DNA of 64,000 bases, taken from a virus. The stretch covers positions 420-64,419 of the IMG/VR virus record IMGVR_UViG_3300031949_000029. One strand, given 5' to 3'. Below, piece after piece: positions 33,130-42,735 of this stretch. The notes under the pieces are model-generated. The model was not told the DNA's origin, made no database searches, and saw nothing but the letters and a program-made list of their open reading frames with translations. The position numbers and the translations under genes were made by a program. Each line of letters starts with the position of its first letter. The stretch's first letter is position 1.

Positions 33130-33573
33130 CTAGGCGAGCTTCCCGATTGGCTCCACTTTAGCCTCGATCAGCCTCAACATCTGCCCTGCTTCCTTGTCCA
33201 GCTGAGCCAACAGCTCTTCCTTGGTGACCCTGATGTCCAGCTTGTCATTAAGTGCCCCTTCGACCTTGAGCACCAGCTCTAAAGCCTTTAGTTCTGTGGT
33301 GCTTGCATCCCGTTCGCCACGGGCGACCCCAGCAAGCAATTCTAAAGCTTCCTCCTGCCCCATTTTCTTGGCTTCATGCTGCTTAAGTTTCCACGCTGCA
33401 ATGACATCGGCCAGTGCATGCTTGAGACGGGAGCCAGCAACGCGGCACGAGTGAGCGTTGCCCATTCCGGCAATCTGTGCGGCCTTGGTACCATCACCTG
33501 CTGCCTCACCGACATATGCATCTAACCAGGCGCGGCGCTTTGGAGTAAGACGGAGTTTCTTCACTTCGGCCAT
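33130..33573 (-). CDS. terS: Terminase small subunit
   Basis: LTPKRRAWLDAYV...DGTKAAQIAG...CRVAGSRL HTH pattern; next to TerL. Confidence 0.7.
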   Translation of the reverse strand: MAEVKKLRLTPKRRAWLDAYVGEAAGDGTKAAQIAGMGNAHSCRVAGSRLKHALADVIAAWKLKQHEAKKMGQEEALELLAGVARGERDASTTELKALELVLKVEGALNDKLDIRVTKEELLAQLDKEAGQMLRLIEAKVEPIGKLA

Positions 33574-33621
33574 GCAGTCAGCCTAACATGACTTGCAAGT
33601 GCAGTGGGTTGCGGGTGTAGG

Positions 33622-35259
33622 ATGAAGGCTATGGCTAAGCTACCGACCCTCACTGAGCTGCTACGTGATCCAGCGCAACGAGCCAGGCTGACTCCTCCAC
33701 AGCTAATGCAGGTGCTAGCTCAGGTCAGAGACCTGAAGCAGCAGCTAGAGGTAGGACAGCGTGATCCATGGGCTGCGGGGCCGGCTGCCATGGCAGCACA
33801 TTTTAGTAGGGGGCGCTGGGAGCATGCTCCACATTTGACCCTACTGAATGGCCGTGCACTGGAGCTAGATACAGGCCGGCTACCTAGAGTCTTGGTCTCG
33901 ATGCCTCCGCGTCATGGAAAATCAGAACTCATGAGTGTCTGGACACCATTTTGGCTCCTTGTGCGCAACCCGGAGCGCCGAATTATTCTGGCTAGCTATG
34001 AGGCAACGTTTGCCGCCAAGTGGGGTAGAAGGGTCAGAGACCTGGTGATTCAGCATGGTAAAGAGTTAGGGCTAGTGCTTAGTGGGGCTAAGATCCCGGC
34101 AGCAGATAACTGGGAGCTTCAATCTGGTGGCGGCATGATGACGGCTGGTGTGGGCGGGCCGCTGACTGGAAAAGGTGCTGACATACTTATCATCGACGAT
34201 GCAGTGAAGAATGACGAAGAGGCTAGCAGCGGGGTCTATCGGGACAAAACCTGGGATTGGTTCCAGAGTACGGCGTTCACTCGGCTAGAACCAGGCGGCA
34301 TGGTGGTTATTATTGGAACCCGCTGGCACCAAGACGATTTGATCGGCAGACTTGATTTGTTCAGTCAGACGGGTGAAGGTCTGGAATGGGATGTGGTGAA
34401 GTTACCAGCACTAGCAGAAGCTGGCGATATCTTGGGCAGAGAGCTTGGAGAGGCACTATGGGCCAAGCGATATGACGAGAGAAAGCTAGCTGAGATTAAG
34501 AAGAGCCTAGGGCCTTATGCATTTGGGGCGTTGTACCAGCAGAACCCGACTCCAGAAGAAGGCGGAGCGATCAAGCGGGCTTGGTGGAAGTTCTACATGA
34601 CTCCGCCAGCCGAGTTTGACCAAGTGATACAGAGCTGGGACTTAAGCTTCAAGGATATCAAGAAAGCTGATTATACGGTGGGGCAAGTGTGGGGTAGGCG
34701 AGGCGCTGAGTTTTGGTTGCTGCACCAGACCAGGGGGCGCATGGATGCTCCTGAGATGATCGCTGCCCTGCGCAATCTATGGAGACTGTACCCTAAGGGT
34801 GTAGCTAAGCTGGTTGAGGATAAAGCTAATGGACCAGCTTTGATTGCTCTGCTGAGCAAAGAGGTACCAGGGATTATTCCGGTCAAAGTGCAAGCCAGCA
34901 AGGACGCCAGACTAAGTGCCGCTGTGCCGCCGATTGCGGCAGGCAATGTCTATCTGCCTGTTCCTGAACGGGCTCCATGGGTTACTGAGCTGGTGGAGGA
35001 GTGTGCAGCATTTCCTAATGGCACTTATGATGACCAGGTAGATGCTCTGAGCCAGGCTATCAATTTTATGCTGCCTGGTGGCTGGGCCTCGATTGGGCGA
35101 AGCTGGAGAGAAGCCAAGCTAGGCCCACCGCCTAAAGACTTCATCGAGCAGCAGAATAGAGAGTTGCATACTGGATTGAGGAAACGTATGCAGATGCAAG
35201 AGTTGCAGCGTCGACATGATACTCTTGTCAAGCCAGCACGTATGCTAGGAGGTTGGTAA
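33622..35259 (+). CDS. terL: Terminase large subunit
   Basis: MPPRHGKS Walker A, LIIDD Walker B, nuclease motifs SWD...D and DDQVDALSQA. Confidence 0.95.
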   Translation: MKAMAKLPTLTELLRDPAQRARLTPPQLMQVLAQVRDLKQQLEVGQRDPWAAGPAAMAAHFSRGRWEHAPHLTLLNGRALELDTGRLPRVLVSMPPRHGKSELMSVWTPFWLLVRNPERRIILASYEATFAAKWGRRVRDLVIQHGKELGLVLSGAKIPAADNWELQSGGGMMTAGVGGPLTGKGADILIIDDAVKNDEEASSGVYRDKTWDWFQSTAFTRLEPGGMVVIIGTRWHQDDLIGRLDLFSQTGEGLEWDVVKLPALAEAGDILGRELGEALWAKRYDERKLAEIKKSLGPYAFGALYQQNPTPEEGGAIKRAWWKFYMTPPAEFDQVIQSWDLSFKDIKKADYTVGQVWGRRGAEFWLLHQTRGRMDAPEMIAALRNLWRLYPKGVAKLVEDKANGPALIALLSKEVPGIIPVKVQASKDARLSAAVPPIAAGNVYLPVPERAPWVTELVEECAAFPNGTYDDQVDALSQAINFMLPGGWASIGRSWREAKLGPPPKDFIEQQNRELHTGLRKRMQMQELQRRHDTLVKPARMLGGW

Positions 35260-35558
35260 TGTGGGGATTTGGGATCAGGAGACTACTGCTAGACGAGAAT
35301 ATGCGGCTAAGGGCTGAGTTGCATGATTTGCAGGCCGAGTATCGGGAGGCTAAGCGGGTGTGGGCGATTGAGCAACAGAGCTTGCTAGATCGTGTAATGG
35401 TGCTGGTCGATCCTACTGGTCTGCGGGAGCTACGCCGCTTGCCAGCGACTGTGCCAGTGCAAGTAAAGCGTAGTCTGACGCCGATTGAATGGAATCCCGA
35501 GCCAGAGCCTGAGTACAAGCATATCGAGCCACTGACTAAGCGGCCGAAAGAAAGCTAA
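35253..35558 (+). CDS. Hypothetical coiled-coil protein
   Basis: 101 aa between TerL and portal. Confidence 0.5.
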   Translation: MVMWGFGIRRLLLDENMRLRAELHDLQAEYREAKRVWAIEQQSLLDRVMVLVDPTGLRELRRLPATVPVQVKRSLTPIEWNPEPEPEYKHIEPLTKRPKES

Positions 35559-35572
35559 GAGGTCACTGAGTC

Positions 35573-38326
35573 ATGACTGACGATCAGACTAGGCAGTTCA
35601 AGTTCCCTGATATTGAGGCAGAGCCTAGTGAGACTCTAGCCTATCGAGATCGCTGGTTTGCCTATGAGAGTACGGCCCGTAGCTACTGGCTGCAGCGGGT
35701 GGCCATGAATCTCAGCTATGAGGCTGGAGATCAGTGGAAAGAGTTGGATCGCCCAGCTTTGGTAGACGGGGTGCGTGGATTTGCTTTGCGCCGTGCCAGG
35801 GGAATGGGTGGGACAGGCAGAAATAACTTGCCTAAGCCGGTGGCCAACTACATTAGTAGTGCGGCTGAAGTAGAGATCAGCAGTTTGGGTAAGCGAGAGC
35901 TGACCGCTAATGTGATCAGCTTGAGTCGAGATCCTAGGCATGAGGCTGCAGCTAAGGTAGCTAAAGAGATCCTGGAGCACCGGCTACAAGAAATGCACTG
36001 GCCCGAGCTTAGGGAAGAGGCGATTTTCTTGTTCGTCGTGACAGGCACCGCGATTATCAAGACTTGGTGGGATGAGGAGTATACCGAGATGACGCCGGTA
36101 GGATCGGCGGAAGCAGTTGGGTGCCCTCAATGTGGCATGTCAATGGCTAGTGCCAAGATTCCTGCTACCCAGGTCGAGTTGGTCACCGCTAACAGAGCAA
36201 GTATCAAGGACGTGCCGATTGAGGCCCCAGATGCAGAAGACCAGGTGGAGCTGACTGGCTGTCCTAAATGTGAAGGGCAGATGCTGGAACCTTACCAGGT
36301 AGGCGAAGATGAGTATGCTGGCCAAGACATGTTTGGTAGGCCCATGGCTGATCTAGTGCCTAAGGGTAATACTGCTATGGAGGTGGTTAGCCCGTTTGAC
36401 GTGTTCCCCGAGAACGCTGGTTATGACGTGGACCCGCGCAAGATGCGGATTTACGGACAATGCACACCCCGCTCCATGGACTGGATCGAAGAGAGATATC
36501 CATTGTTCATGGACAAGCTACACCCTGAAGACCCTACAGTCATGATGCGTCAGCATCCTTTGTTGGGTGAGTATGGGTTTTGGGGTAGGTTCAACCCAAT
36601 GCTAGACGCTGGAATCTACGCTGATTACGCTAGAGTTTTCGAGTTGCACTCAGACAAAACCTATAGATTTCCTGAAGGTAGGTCTCTGGTAGTTATCAAT
36701 GATGAGGTAGTAGAGAACGGGCCATTGTATAGGACTGTAGAGACTGCTCATGGTTCTCTGAGTGTTCCTCGCGTTAAGTACCATACAGGGCGTTTTAAGG
36801 CTAAGCACAGGCAGTTCGCTGGCCAGGGAGCTATAGACAACCTGATCAGCCCGCAGAACAGGTTGAATGGAATGGACGCTCAGGCGATCGGTGTCATGGA
36901 GCGGTTCGGTACTCCTAATCTCTTGTTCACTGAAGGGATGAATGTGGAAGGCCCTGAGTGGGATGAGAACTATGGGATCGGGATGTTTTTGCGTTACACA
37001 GCTGATCCTGTAGCTGGGCCTGGTGCTAAGCCTGAGGTTTTCCCGCCCTATCCACCTTCGCTTGCTGGACAGATCGAGCAGCGCTCAATGGCCATCCAAG
37101 ACATCAAGCAGATTAGTGGCCCTCAAGATATCGAGATCGGTGAGGCACCCAAGAATATTAGCACTACGAGTGGTTTGCAGCTTCTAGGAGAACAGGCTGA
37201 GAGGCGTAGGGCAGCTAGAGAACGTGCCCTAATTACGATGTTTGAGCAGGCTTGGCAGCATACGTTAAGGCTGATTTGGACTCTGCGCTCTGACCCTGAC
37301 ACTTATGAAGTCGAGACTGGGGACGGTGGTTGGGAGGCCAAGGAGTATACCAGGGATATGATCGCTGGCCAGACCAAGGTGAAGGTTGAGAAGCAGGCGT
37401 ATATTGACAAGAGTTTGTGGCAAAGGGAAGGGGTTAGAGAAGCCCAGGCAGACCAGCTTTATAGGCTAGATAGTCAGGCTGCGATCAAGAAGCTTCTGGA
37501 ATACAGAGGGTTGCCCACTGATGTAAATGAAGACCTGAACAGGCAGGTGGATCTAGCTAACCAGGCATGGGTGGATTTTGTAGATGAAGCCAAGCTACCC
37601 ACTGTCGATGAGAATATTGACGACCCGCAGATCAGGTTTCAGGTCTTGGGAACAAGACTACTAAGTGACGAGGGTCAGCGCCTGATGGAAGCTAATGGCT
37701 GGACCCAGACTAGGAAGCAGCTATCAGGCTGGGAGATGGACCTAGATCTGATGCTGGCTAAAGAGGAAGAAGTATTGTTGTTCTATGGCGGTAGGCTAGG
37801 TGAGGCCAATGCAACACAAATGTACGCTGAAGCGACGAAAGGCTACTTGGTGCAGAAGGCTCAGTACGAGCAGGCACAAGATCAGATTACACAGGGCGTA
37901 GAGCAGACAGGTGTGGCACCAGACCCAATGACGATGGCTCAGCCGCCTATGCCGCCCCCAGCTCCGATTTTCCCCCCTGCTGCACTCGAAGACAAGATCA
38001 TGTTGATTTGGCAAGGTAGGCTGCAACAGGCAGAACCGTTGGCAGAGCCGATGCAGGCTAGCCCATTGGAGACACCAGAGCAGGCAGCAGCTAAGGTCCA
38101 GAGCTTCATGCAGTTTATGGCTGTGGTCATGGCTTATAAGGTGATGGCTAGAAGAGCGTTGCAAGCTATGCAGGCTGGAGTACCAGGATTGGCTGCGCCT
38201 GGCCAAGGTGGAGAGGGTCAAGAGATTCCGCCCGGCCAAGACTTTAATCATCCGGCAGCAGGTAAGAACCCACCGACACCTGAGAAGCCTTCACCGGCTC
38301 CGGGGGTGAAGGGTGGGAAGAATTAA
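35573..38326 (+). CDS. Portal protein with CxxC insertion
   Basis: 917 aa after TerL; pattern PKPVANYI...FVVTGTAIIKTWWD...VVSPFDVFP. Confidence 0.75.
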   Translation: MTDDQTRQFKFPDIEAEPSETLAYRDRWFAYESTARSYWLQRVAMNLSYEAGDQWKELDRPALVDGVRGFALRRARGMGGTGRNNLPKPVANYISSAAEVEISSLGKRELTANVISLSRDPRHEAAAKVAKEILEHRLQEMHWPELREEAIFLFVVTGTAIIKTWWDEEYTEMTPVGSAEAVGCPQCGMSMASAKIPATQVELVTANRASIKDVPIEAPDAEDQVELTGCPKCEGQMLEPYQVGEDEYAGQDMFGRPMADLVPKGNTAMEVVSPFDVFPENAGYDVDPRKMRIYGQCTPRSMDWIEERYPLFMDKLHPEDPTVMMRQHPLLGEYGFWGRFNPMLDAGIYADYARVFELHSDKTYRFPEGRSLVVINDEVVENGPLYRTVETAHGSLSVPRVKYHTGRFKAKHRQFAGQGAIDNLISPQNRLNGMDAQAIGVMERFGTPNLLFTEGMNVEGPEWDENYGIGMFLRYTADPVAGPGAKPEVFPPYPPSLAGQIEQRSMAIQDIKQISGPQDIEIGEAPKNISTTSGLQLLGEQAERRRAARERALITMFEQAWQHTLRLIWTLRSDPDTYEVETGDGGWEAKEYTRDMIAGQTKVKVEKQAYIDKSLWQREGVREAQADQLYRLDSQAAIKKLLEYRGLPTDVNEDLNRQVDLANQAWVDFVDEAKLPTVDENIDDPQIRFQVLGTRLLSDEGQRLMEANGWTQTRKQLSGWEMDLDLMLAKEEEVLLFYGGRLGEANATQMYAEATKGYLVQKAQYEQAQDQITQGVEQTGVAPDPMTMAQPPMPPPAPIFPPAALEDKIMLIWQGRLQQAEPLAEPMQASPLETPEQAAAKVQSFMQFMAVVMAYKVMARRALQAMQAGVPGLAAPGQGGEGQEIPPGQDFNHPAAGKNPPTPEKPSPAPGVKGGKN

Positions 38327-38342
38327 CAGACTAGGGGGAGAC

Positions 38343-38558
38343 ATGCCTAAGAAGAAGCCATATGGACAGGCTGACGCTATTGAGGCCAGTTATAGCATTG
38401 GTAACCAGACTGAGACCAAGGCTGAACGTGAAGCTAGAGAAGATTTTGAGCGGAAGCAAGAACGAAGGCGTAGAGACATGCGGCGGGGTGGTGAACGCTA
38501 TGGGCCTGGCTGGCGCGCTAGGGAACGCGGCGGAGCTAGTGGTGAGGGGACCAGCTAA
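38343..38558 (+). CDS. Small charged protein (QADAIE motif)
   Basis: GGAG RBS; ATG at 38343. Confidence 0.45.
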   Translation: MPKKKPYGQADAIEASYSIGNQTETKAEREAREDFERKQERRRRDMRRGGERYGPGWRARERGGASGEGTS

Positions 38559-38758
38559 TGCCTAAGTTTCTAGAGCAAAAACTCAAGAAGAAGTACGGGG
38601 CCGAGAGTGATGTCCCCTACAAGATCATGAACAAGATGGGTTTTATGCATGGCAACAAGGAGACCGCCAAGGGCAAGGCAGCAGGCAAGAAGCATGCTGC
38701 GAAGAACAAGCGTGGCAAGAAGTCCAAGGCGACCATGCAGGCTGACGCGATTGAGTAG
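38558..38758 (+). CDS. Small basic protein (C-terminal QADAIE)
   Basis: MPKFLEQKLKKKYG...NKETAKG. Confidence 0.55.
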   Translation: MPKFLEQKLKKKYGAESDVPYKIMNKMGFMHGNKETAKGKAAGKKHAAKNKRGKKSKATMQADAIE

Positions 38759-38773
38759 CTAGGGGGTGATGTA

Positions 38774-39112
38774 ATGGCTGGTAAGCAGAAGCGCTATGAC
38801 GATGATTACCTGGAAGAGGAGATAGAGGGGCCGGGGGGCAAGATTCAGTACAAGAATGTCCGGACTGGCGGAGTTAGTGATAGTCCACATGTGCCCAAGG
38901 CTGCCACGGCTGGTGTAGTTAGGTCTAAGGGTACTAGCTATATAGACCCGGTGACCCATACTATGACGGGGACCAGCAAGAATACCGAGGAGAAAACAAC
39001 GACTGCTGGCGGGCTAGAGGGTGGTGGGGTTGTAGCGGCTGCTGCCAAGGCCAGAGCCCAGCGTCAGGCCGAAGCAATCGAAGAGGAAAAGAAAAAGAAG
39101 AAGCAGGAGTAA
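38774..39112 (+). CDS. Small protein (QAEAIE motif)
   Basis: 112 aa in the head module. Confidence 0.5.
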   Translation: MAGKQKRYDDDYLEEEIEGPGGKIQYKNVRTGGVSDSPHVPKAATAGVVRSKGTSYIDPVTHTMTGTSKNTEEKTTTAGGLEGGGVVAAAAKARAQRQAEAIEEEKKKKKQE

Positions 39113-39116
39113 CTAG

Positions 39117-39308
39117 ATGAGTCAGAGAGCATTGCCGTGCAGAACACGCGGCTGTCAGGGTGTGGCTAAGACTCCAAAGGGGCTGCCTATGCTGGTTGGG
39201 CAGATGTCTAGCTCCCCCCTGATCTATAAGTGTCGAGGCTGCGGGATGTCTTACCGGTTGCATTCGAAGGATTACAACAGGCTGCCAGCACTTGACAACA
39301 CCGGGTAG
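39117..39308 (+). CDS. Small zinc-binding protein
   Basis: CRTRGC...CRGC. Confidence 0.4.
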   Translation: MSQRALPCRTRGCQGVAKTPKGLPMLVGQMSSSPLIYKCRGCGMSYRLHSKDYNRLPALDNTG

Positions 39309-39322
39309 TTTTCCCGTACACT
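39292..39322 (+). promoter_or_regulatory. Possible sigma70-like promoter upstream of scaffold/capsid
   Basis: TTGACA...TACACT, but with a 19-nt spacer. Confidence 0.35.
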
Positions 39323-39364
39323 ACTGATTGCACGTGGGCCTACCCCACAGATGCAGGAGTTTAG

Positions 39365-40441
39365 ATGGGTGATGATGCGGTTGATGTAGATGATGTGCCT
39401 GTAGGCGAAGAGGCAGTTGAAGAGGCTGCCAAGGAGACTACCTCCACCGAAGCAGAAGAGTCGGAGTCTGCTGAGGATGTCAAAGAGACCGACGAAGAGC
39501 AGGAAGCTGCAGGGCTGTCGCCAGAGCTAAAGAAGCTGATTGACGCTAAGTACGGCGGTAATCAGGCGAAGTTCTTGCAGGGGCTTTATGAGGGCTGGAA
39601 TGGGACCTCGAAGTTGGCAGAGCGGTTGGAATCGCTTGAAACCATGCTTCGAGAACGCGATGAGCAGGTTGACGCAGTAGATGAGCCTGACTTCGAGTCC
39701 AACCACCCAGAGCTGTCCTGGCTCAAAGAACAGACCACTGCTTTGGACACCTCGATTGAGCATGAGCAGGGACGTTCGAATGCTTTGCTTGGTGAGTTGA
39801 GTGCGCTGAACCTGAAGGTTGCAAAGCTAGAAGGGGAAGCAAGCCGGGCCATGGACGACGACAAGGACCGGCTGGAAGATCGGATCGAGCGGCTTAAGGA
39901 ACAGGCGACAGCGAAAGCTGAGCGCTGGATGGAGCTGAAAGGGAAGATCGAAGAGTTTAATCAGCAAAAGAAAGCTCTAGGTCGGAGAGTTCAGCAGGCC
40001 GAACGTGAGATCGAAGGTGCCAAGGCGCAACACAAGAAGGCTCAGGTAGAAGACAGGGCAAAGAAAACGGAGTGGAGGTCGGATTTCTTCGGTGCTGCTC
40101 TGGGAGAGGCCAAAGAGTATGGTCTTGAACCAGACAGCGAGATCTACGCGGACATGCTGGAGACGGTGCGTGCAAGGGCTAGTTTGTTCTTGCGCTCCCT
40201 GGGACCAGATGGAGCCGAGCAGGATCTTCAGGCGTTGGCCAAGGAACTGTGTAAACAGTATGCCAAGGTTCATAGCTTGACCAAGAAGGCCAAGGCTGCA
40301 CAAGTGGGGCGAGAGAAGCTTCAAGGTGCGACTAAGCCACCCGTTAAGACCGCTACTGGCTCTACTGGGCAAACGAGCCCTAAGGGGCAGAAGTTAACTG
40401 CCGATTTCGTGAGAAAGCGTGCAGCGCAACTCCTAGGGTAA
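39365..40441 (+). CDS. Putative capsid scaffolding protein
   Basis: Acidic N-terminus and long coiled coil directly before the capsid gene. Confidence 0.6.
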   Translation: MGDDAVDVDDVPVGEEAVEEAAKETTSTEAEESESAEDVKETDEEQEAAGLSPELKKLIDAKYGGNQAKFLQGLYEGWNGTSKLAERLESLETMLRERDEQVDAVDEPDFESNHPELSWLKEQTTALDTSIEHEQGRSNALLGELSALNLKVAKLEGEASRAMDDDKDRLEDRIERLKEQATAKAERWMELKGKIEEFNQQKKALGRRVQQAEREIEGAKAQHKKAQVEDRAKKTEWRSDFFGAALGEAKEYGLEPDSEIYADMLETVRARASLFLRSLGPDGAEQDLQALAKELCKQYAKVHSLTKKAKAAQVGREKLQGATKPPVKTATGSTGQTSPKGQKLTADFVRKRAAQLLG

Positions 40442-40453
40442 AGAGGTAGTCAA

Positions 40454-41812
40454 ATGGAGTCATTTAACCGCAAGTCACTGCTTCAAAGGCTTGGTGACGG
40501 TGAGCTGATCGAAGCTGAGTTGCTGCAGGGTGGAGTAGACGGGGCGTTCGCCGATGCGACTGACGGGTTGAAGAATGTGTACGGGACCAAGGAGATCGAG
40601 GCTATGCTCAATGAAGAGCAGGTTTTCGTTCCTTGGTTGAAGAGAGCTGTGCCTGCTGGGGCCCAGCGGTTTAGCGAAGGTATCGTGAAGTTTGGTGCCA
40701 ACCTGAACCCACCACAGAACGTAGGTATGTTGCGTGATATGCAGACCTTGCCACCTGCCAAGGACAGGACTCAGAAGCAGTTCACGCTGACCCCTGAGAT
40801 CTTTGCCGGTTCGTTCACTATCGGCTGGACACTGAAGGCGGCGGGCGGAAGCAACAAGAGCGCATTCAACGGTGGGGAGTTGAACCGCAGAACTCAGGAG
40901 ACCTTGACTGACCTGGGCAAGTTCCGTGAGAGCACCTATGTAGGTACTCATGGCACTGGACGCAGGGCTAGAGTCGAGTCGGATGGTTCCAACACCTTTG
41001 TGGCTGATGACCCTGAGCGTACTACGCTGCTGAGGGAAAACTATTACATCACCGTCCGGACAACTGATGGTGGTGCTGGCGTGCGTGACTCTTGCGACTT
41101 CCGTAAGATCACAGCCATCAACCATGATACCTACACCGTGACCTATGATGGCGCTGATCAGACGTTGGTTGCTGGTGACCATGTGCACGTGGTTAATGCG
41201 TTGACGCAGACGATCACGGCCCCGAATGGCCTGCGTGGAATCGTCGACGACGGGACCCTCTTGGATACTTTCCAGGGGCTAAGCCGTACCACTTATCCCA
41301 AGCTGAAGAGCAACTTGGCTGGAAACAGTGGCACCTTGCGTAATCTGACTGAGCAGATCCTGATCAACGCCTGCCATAAGCAGCGCGCACGGTCTGGTAA
41401 GCGCGTGACGGACGCATGGACGAGTCCTGGACAGGCAGCTAAGTATGTAGAGTTTGTGGCGCCTGACCGTAGGTACAATGTGAGTGGTAAGGGGATCCAG
41501 GGGATGAGCACTGGCTACACTGAAGAGTCGTTGCAGCATGTGTACCCAGGCGGACAGTTCAACTTGCGGATCAGCTATGATCTAGTGCCTAGGGAGATCT
41601 TCCTGGTGAATTCAGGAACCTTCTTCCACTATGTAGCTGCTGACATGAACTGGATGGACGAGGGCAGTCTGCTAAGGCTGATCCCAGCCAGCTCAACGTT
41701 TGTGTCTGGCTACCTGGCATACCTAGCTAGCATTGAGAACATCGGCAATGACATGCCGATTGGCAACACGGTGATCCGTGACCTCAAGGACGCAGTGCTG
41801 GGTGATGCATAA
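40454..41812 (+). CDS. Major capsid protein
   Basis: 452 aa after the scaffold; capsid-like segments NGLRGIVDDGT...FQGLSRTTYP. Confidence 0.75.
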   Translation: MESFNRKSLLQRLGDGELIEAELLQGGVDGAFADATDGLKNVYGTKEIEAMLNEEQVFVPWLKRAVPAGAQRFSEGIVKFGANLNPPQNVGMLRDMQTLPPAKDRTQKQFTLTPEIFAGSFTIGWTLKAAGGSNKSAFNGGELNRRTQETLTDLGKFRESTYVGTHGTGRRARVESDGSNTFVADDPERTTLLRENYYITVRTTDGGAGVRDSCDFRKITAINHDTYTVTYDGADQTLVAGDHVHVVNALTQTITAPNGLRGIVDDGTLLDTFQGLSRTTYPKLKSNLAGNSGTLRNLTEQILINACHKQRARSGKRVTDAWTSPGQAAKYVEFVAPDRRYNVSGKGIQGMSTGYTEESLQHVYPGGQFNLRISYDLVPREIFLVNSGTFFHYVAADMNWMDEGSLLRLIPASSTFVSGYLAYLASIENIGNDMPIGNTVIRDLKDAVLGDA

Positions 41813-41880
41813 GGTTCTGGACGGTAAGTAACTATCAGGGGTGGGGCCTAAGAACCTCACCCCAGATCTGAGGGTGAAAG

Positions 41881-42519
41881 ATGGCGATTGTTAGTCATAG
41901 CATTGACTTTACACAGGGTGCTTTAGGTCCTGGAGTCAACGGGAATACCCAGACTGGTTATAATCTGGATCTCCAGACTGGGTCAGGCAACAAGCCGATT
42001 AGGTTGAATAGCAGGAGTACGGCCGAGACCAGTGGTTCATTGATTGGGTTGCAGTGCAAGCCAAGCGGTGCAGGTGGATCAGCTTCGACAGCTAGTGTAA
42101 AAGGTGCGGAGTTTAGTCCTAGGATCGCTAGTGGAACTGCGGGTGGCGACCTGATCGGGGGAAGTTTCGATCCGATTCTGCAGGGGTCAGGTACTGGGGA
42201 TCTGAGCGGGGTTGTGCGGGCTCTAGAGCTAACTATCACGGATGGTAACGCTGGCGTCAGAACAATCACTGGGAAGTCGGCGGCTTTGAGGATCTGGTCA
42301 CAGTTGACCAGCAAGACCTTTACTAACGGACTGTTCCCGATTCAGGTGGATACGGGTGGTGGTTTGGCTTGGAGCGGCTGTCTCGATTTGCCGAATGACG
42401 GGGCAGTGGCGTCTAAGGCGGATGCGGGAGAGAACATACCAACTGGGGTGACTGAGTATTTCAGGGTCAATGTCGGTGGCGTGCAATACCGTTGCCCGCT
42501 GTATCACATCACTAACTAA
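41881..42519 (+). CDS. Putative virion protein
   Basis: Gly/Ser/Thr-rich; follows the capsid gene. Confidence 0.45.
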   Translation: MAIVSHSIDFTQGALGPGVNGNTQTGYNLDLQTGSGNKPIRLNSRSTAETSGSLIGLQCKPSGAGGSASTASVKGAEFSPRIASGTAGGDLIGGSFDPILQGSGTGDLSGVVRALELTITDGNAGVRTITGKSAALRIWSQLTSKTFTNGLFPIQVDTGGGLAWSGCLDLPNDGAVASKADAGENIPTGVTEYFRVNVGGVQYRCPLYHITN

Positions 42520-42528
42520 GGGGGATGT

Positions 42529-42735
42529 GTGAGACTACTGGTTCTCGCTAAGCGGGACGAGGTTCTGAAGCAGCTGGAGGAGGAAAAGGCTACATTGCAA
42601 GCCTGCCTGGGGGCACTCCAGGCATTAGACCAATTGCTAGAGGAGGATGCTAGTGGCTCAGGAGTTGCAGGCGCTGTTGACCGCGGCAGAACAGCAGAAG
42701 GTACAGCAGGTATCGACGGTTCAGAGGCCGATTAG
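42529..42735 (+). CDS. Small coiled-coil protein
   Basis: 68 aa with RBS. Confidence 0.4.
   Translation: MRLLVLAKRDEVLKQLEEEKATLQACLGALQALDQLLEEDASGSGVAGAVDRGRTAEGTAGIDGSEAD

Noticed and set aside
40475-41188. Long antisense ORFs opposite capsid, ATPase, LamG and ejection genes
   Set aside because: Expected shadow ORFs of GC-rich coding sequence; no independent motifs
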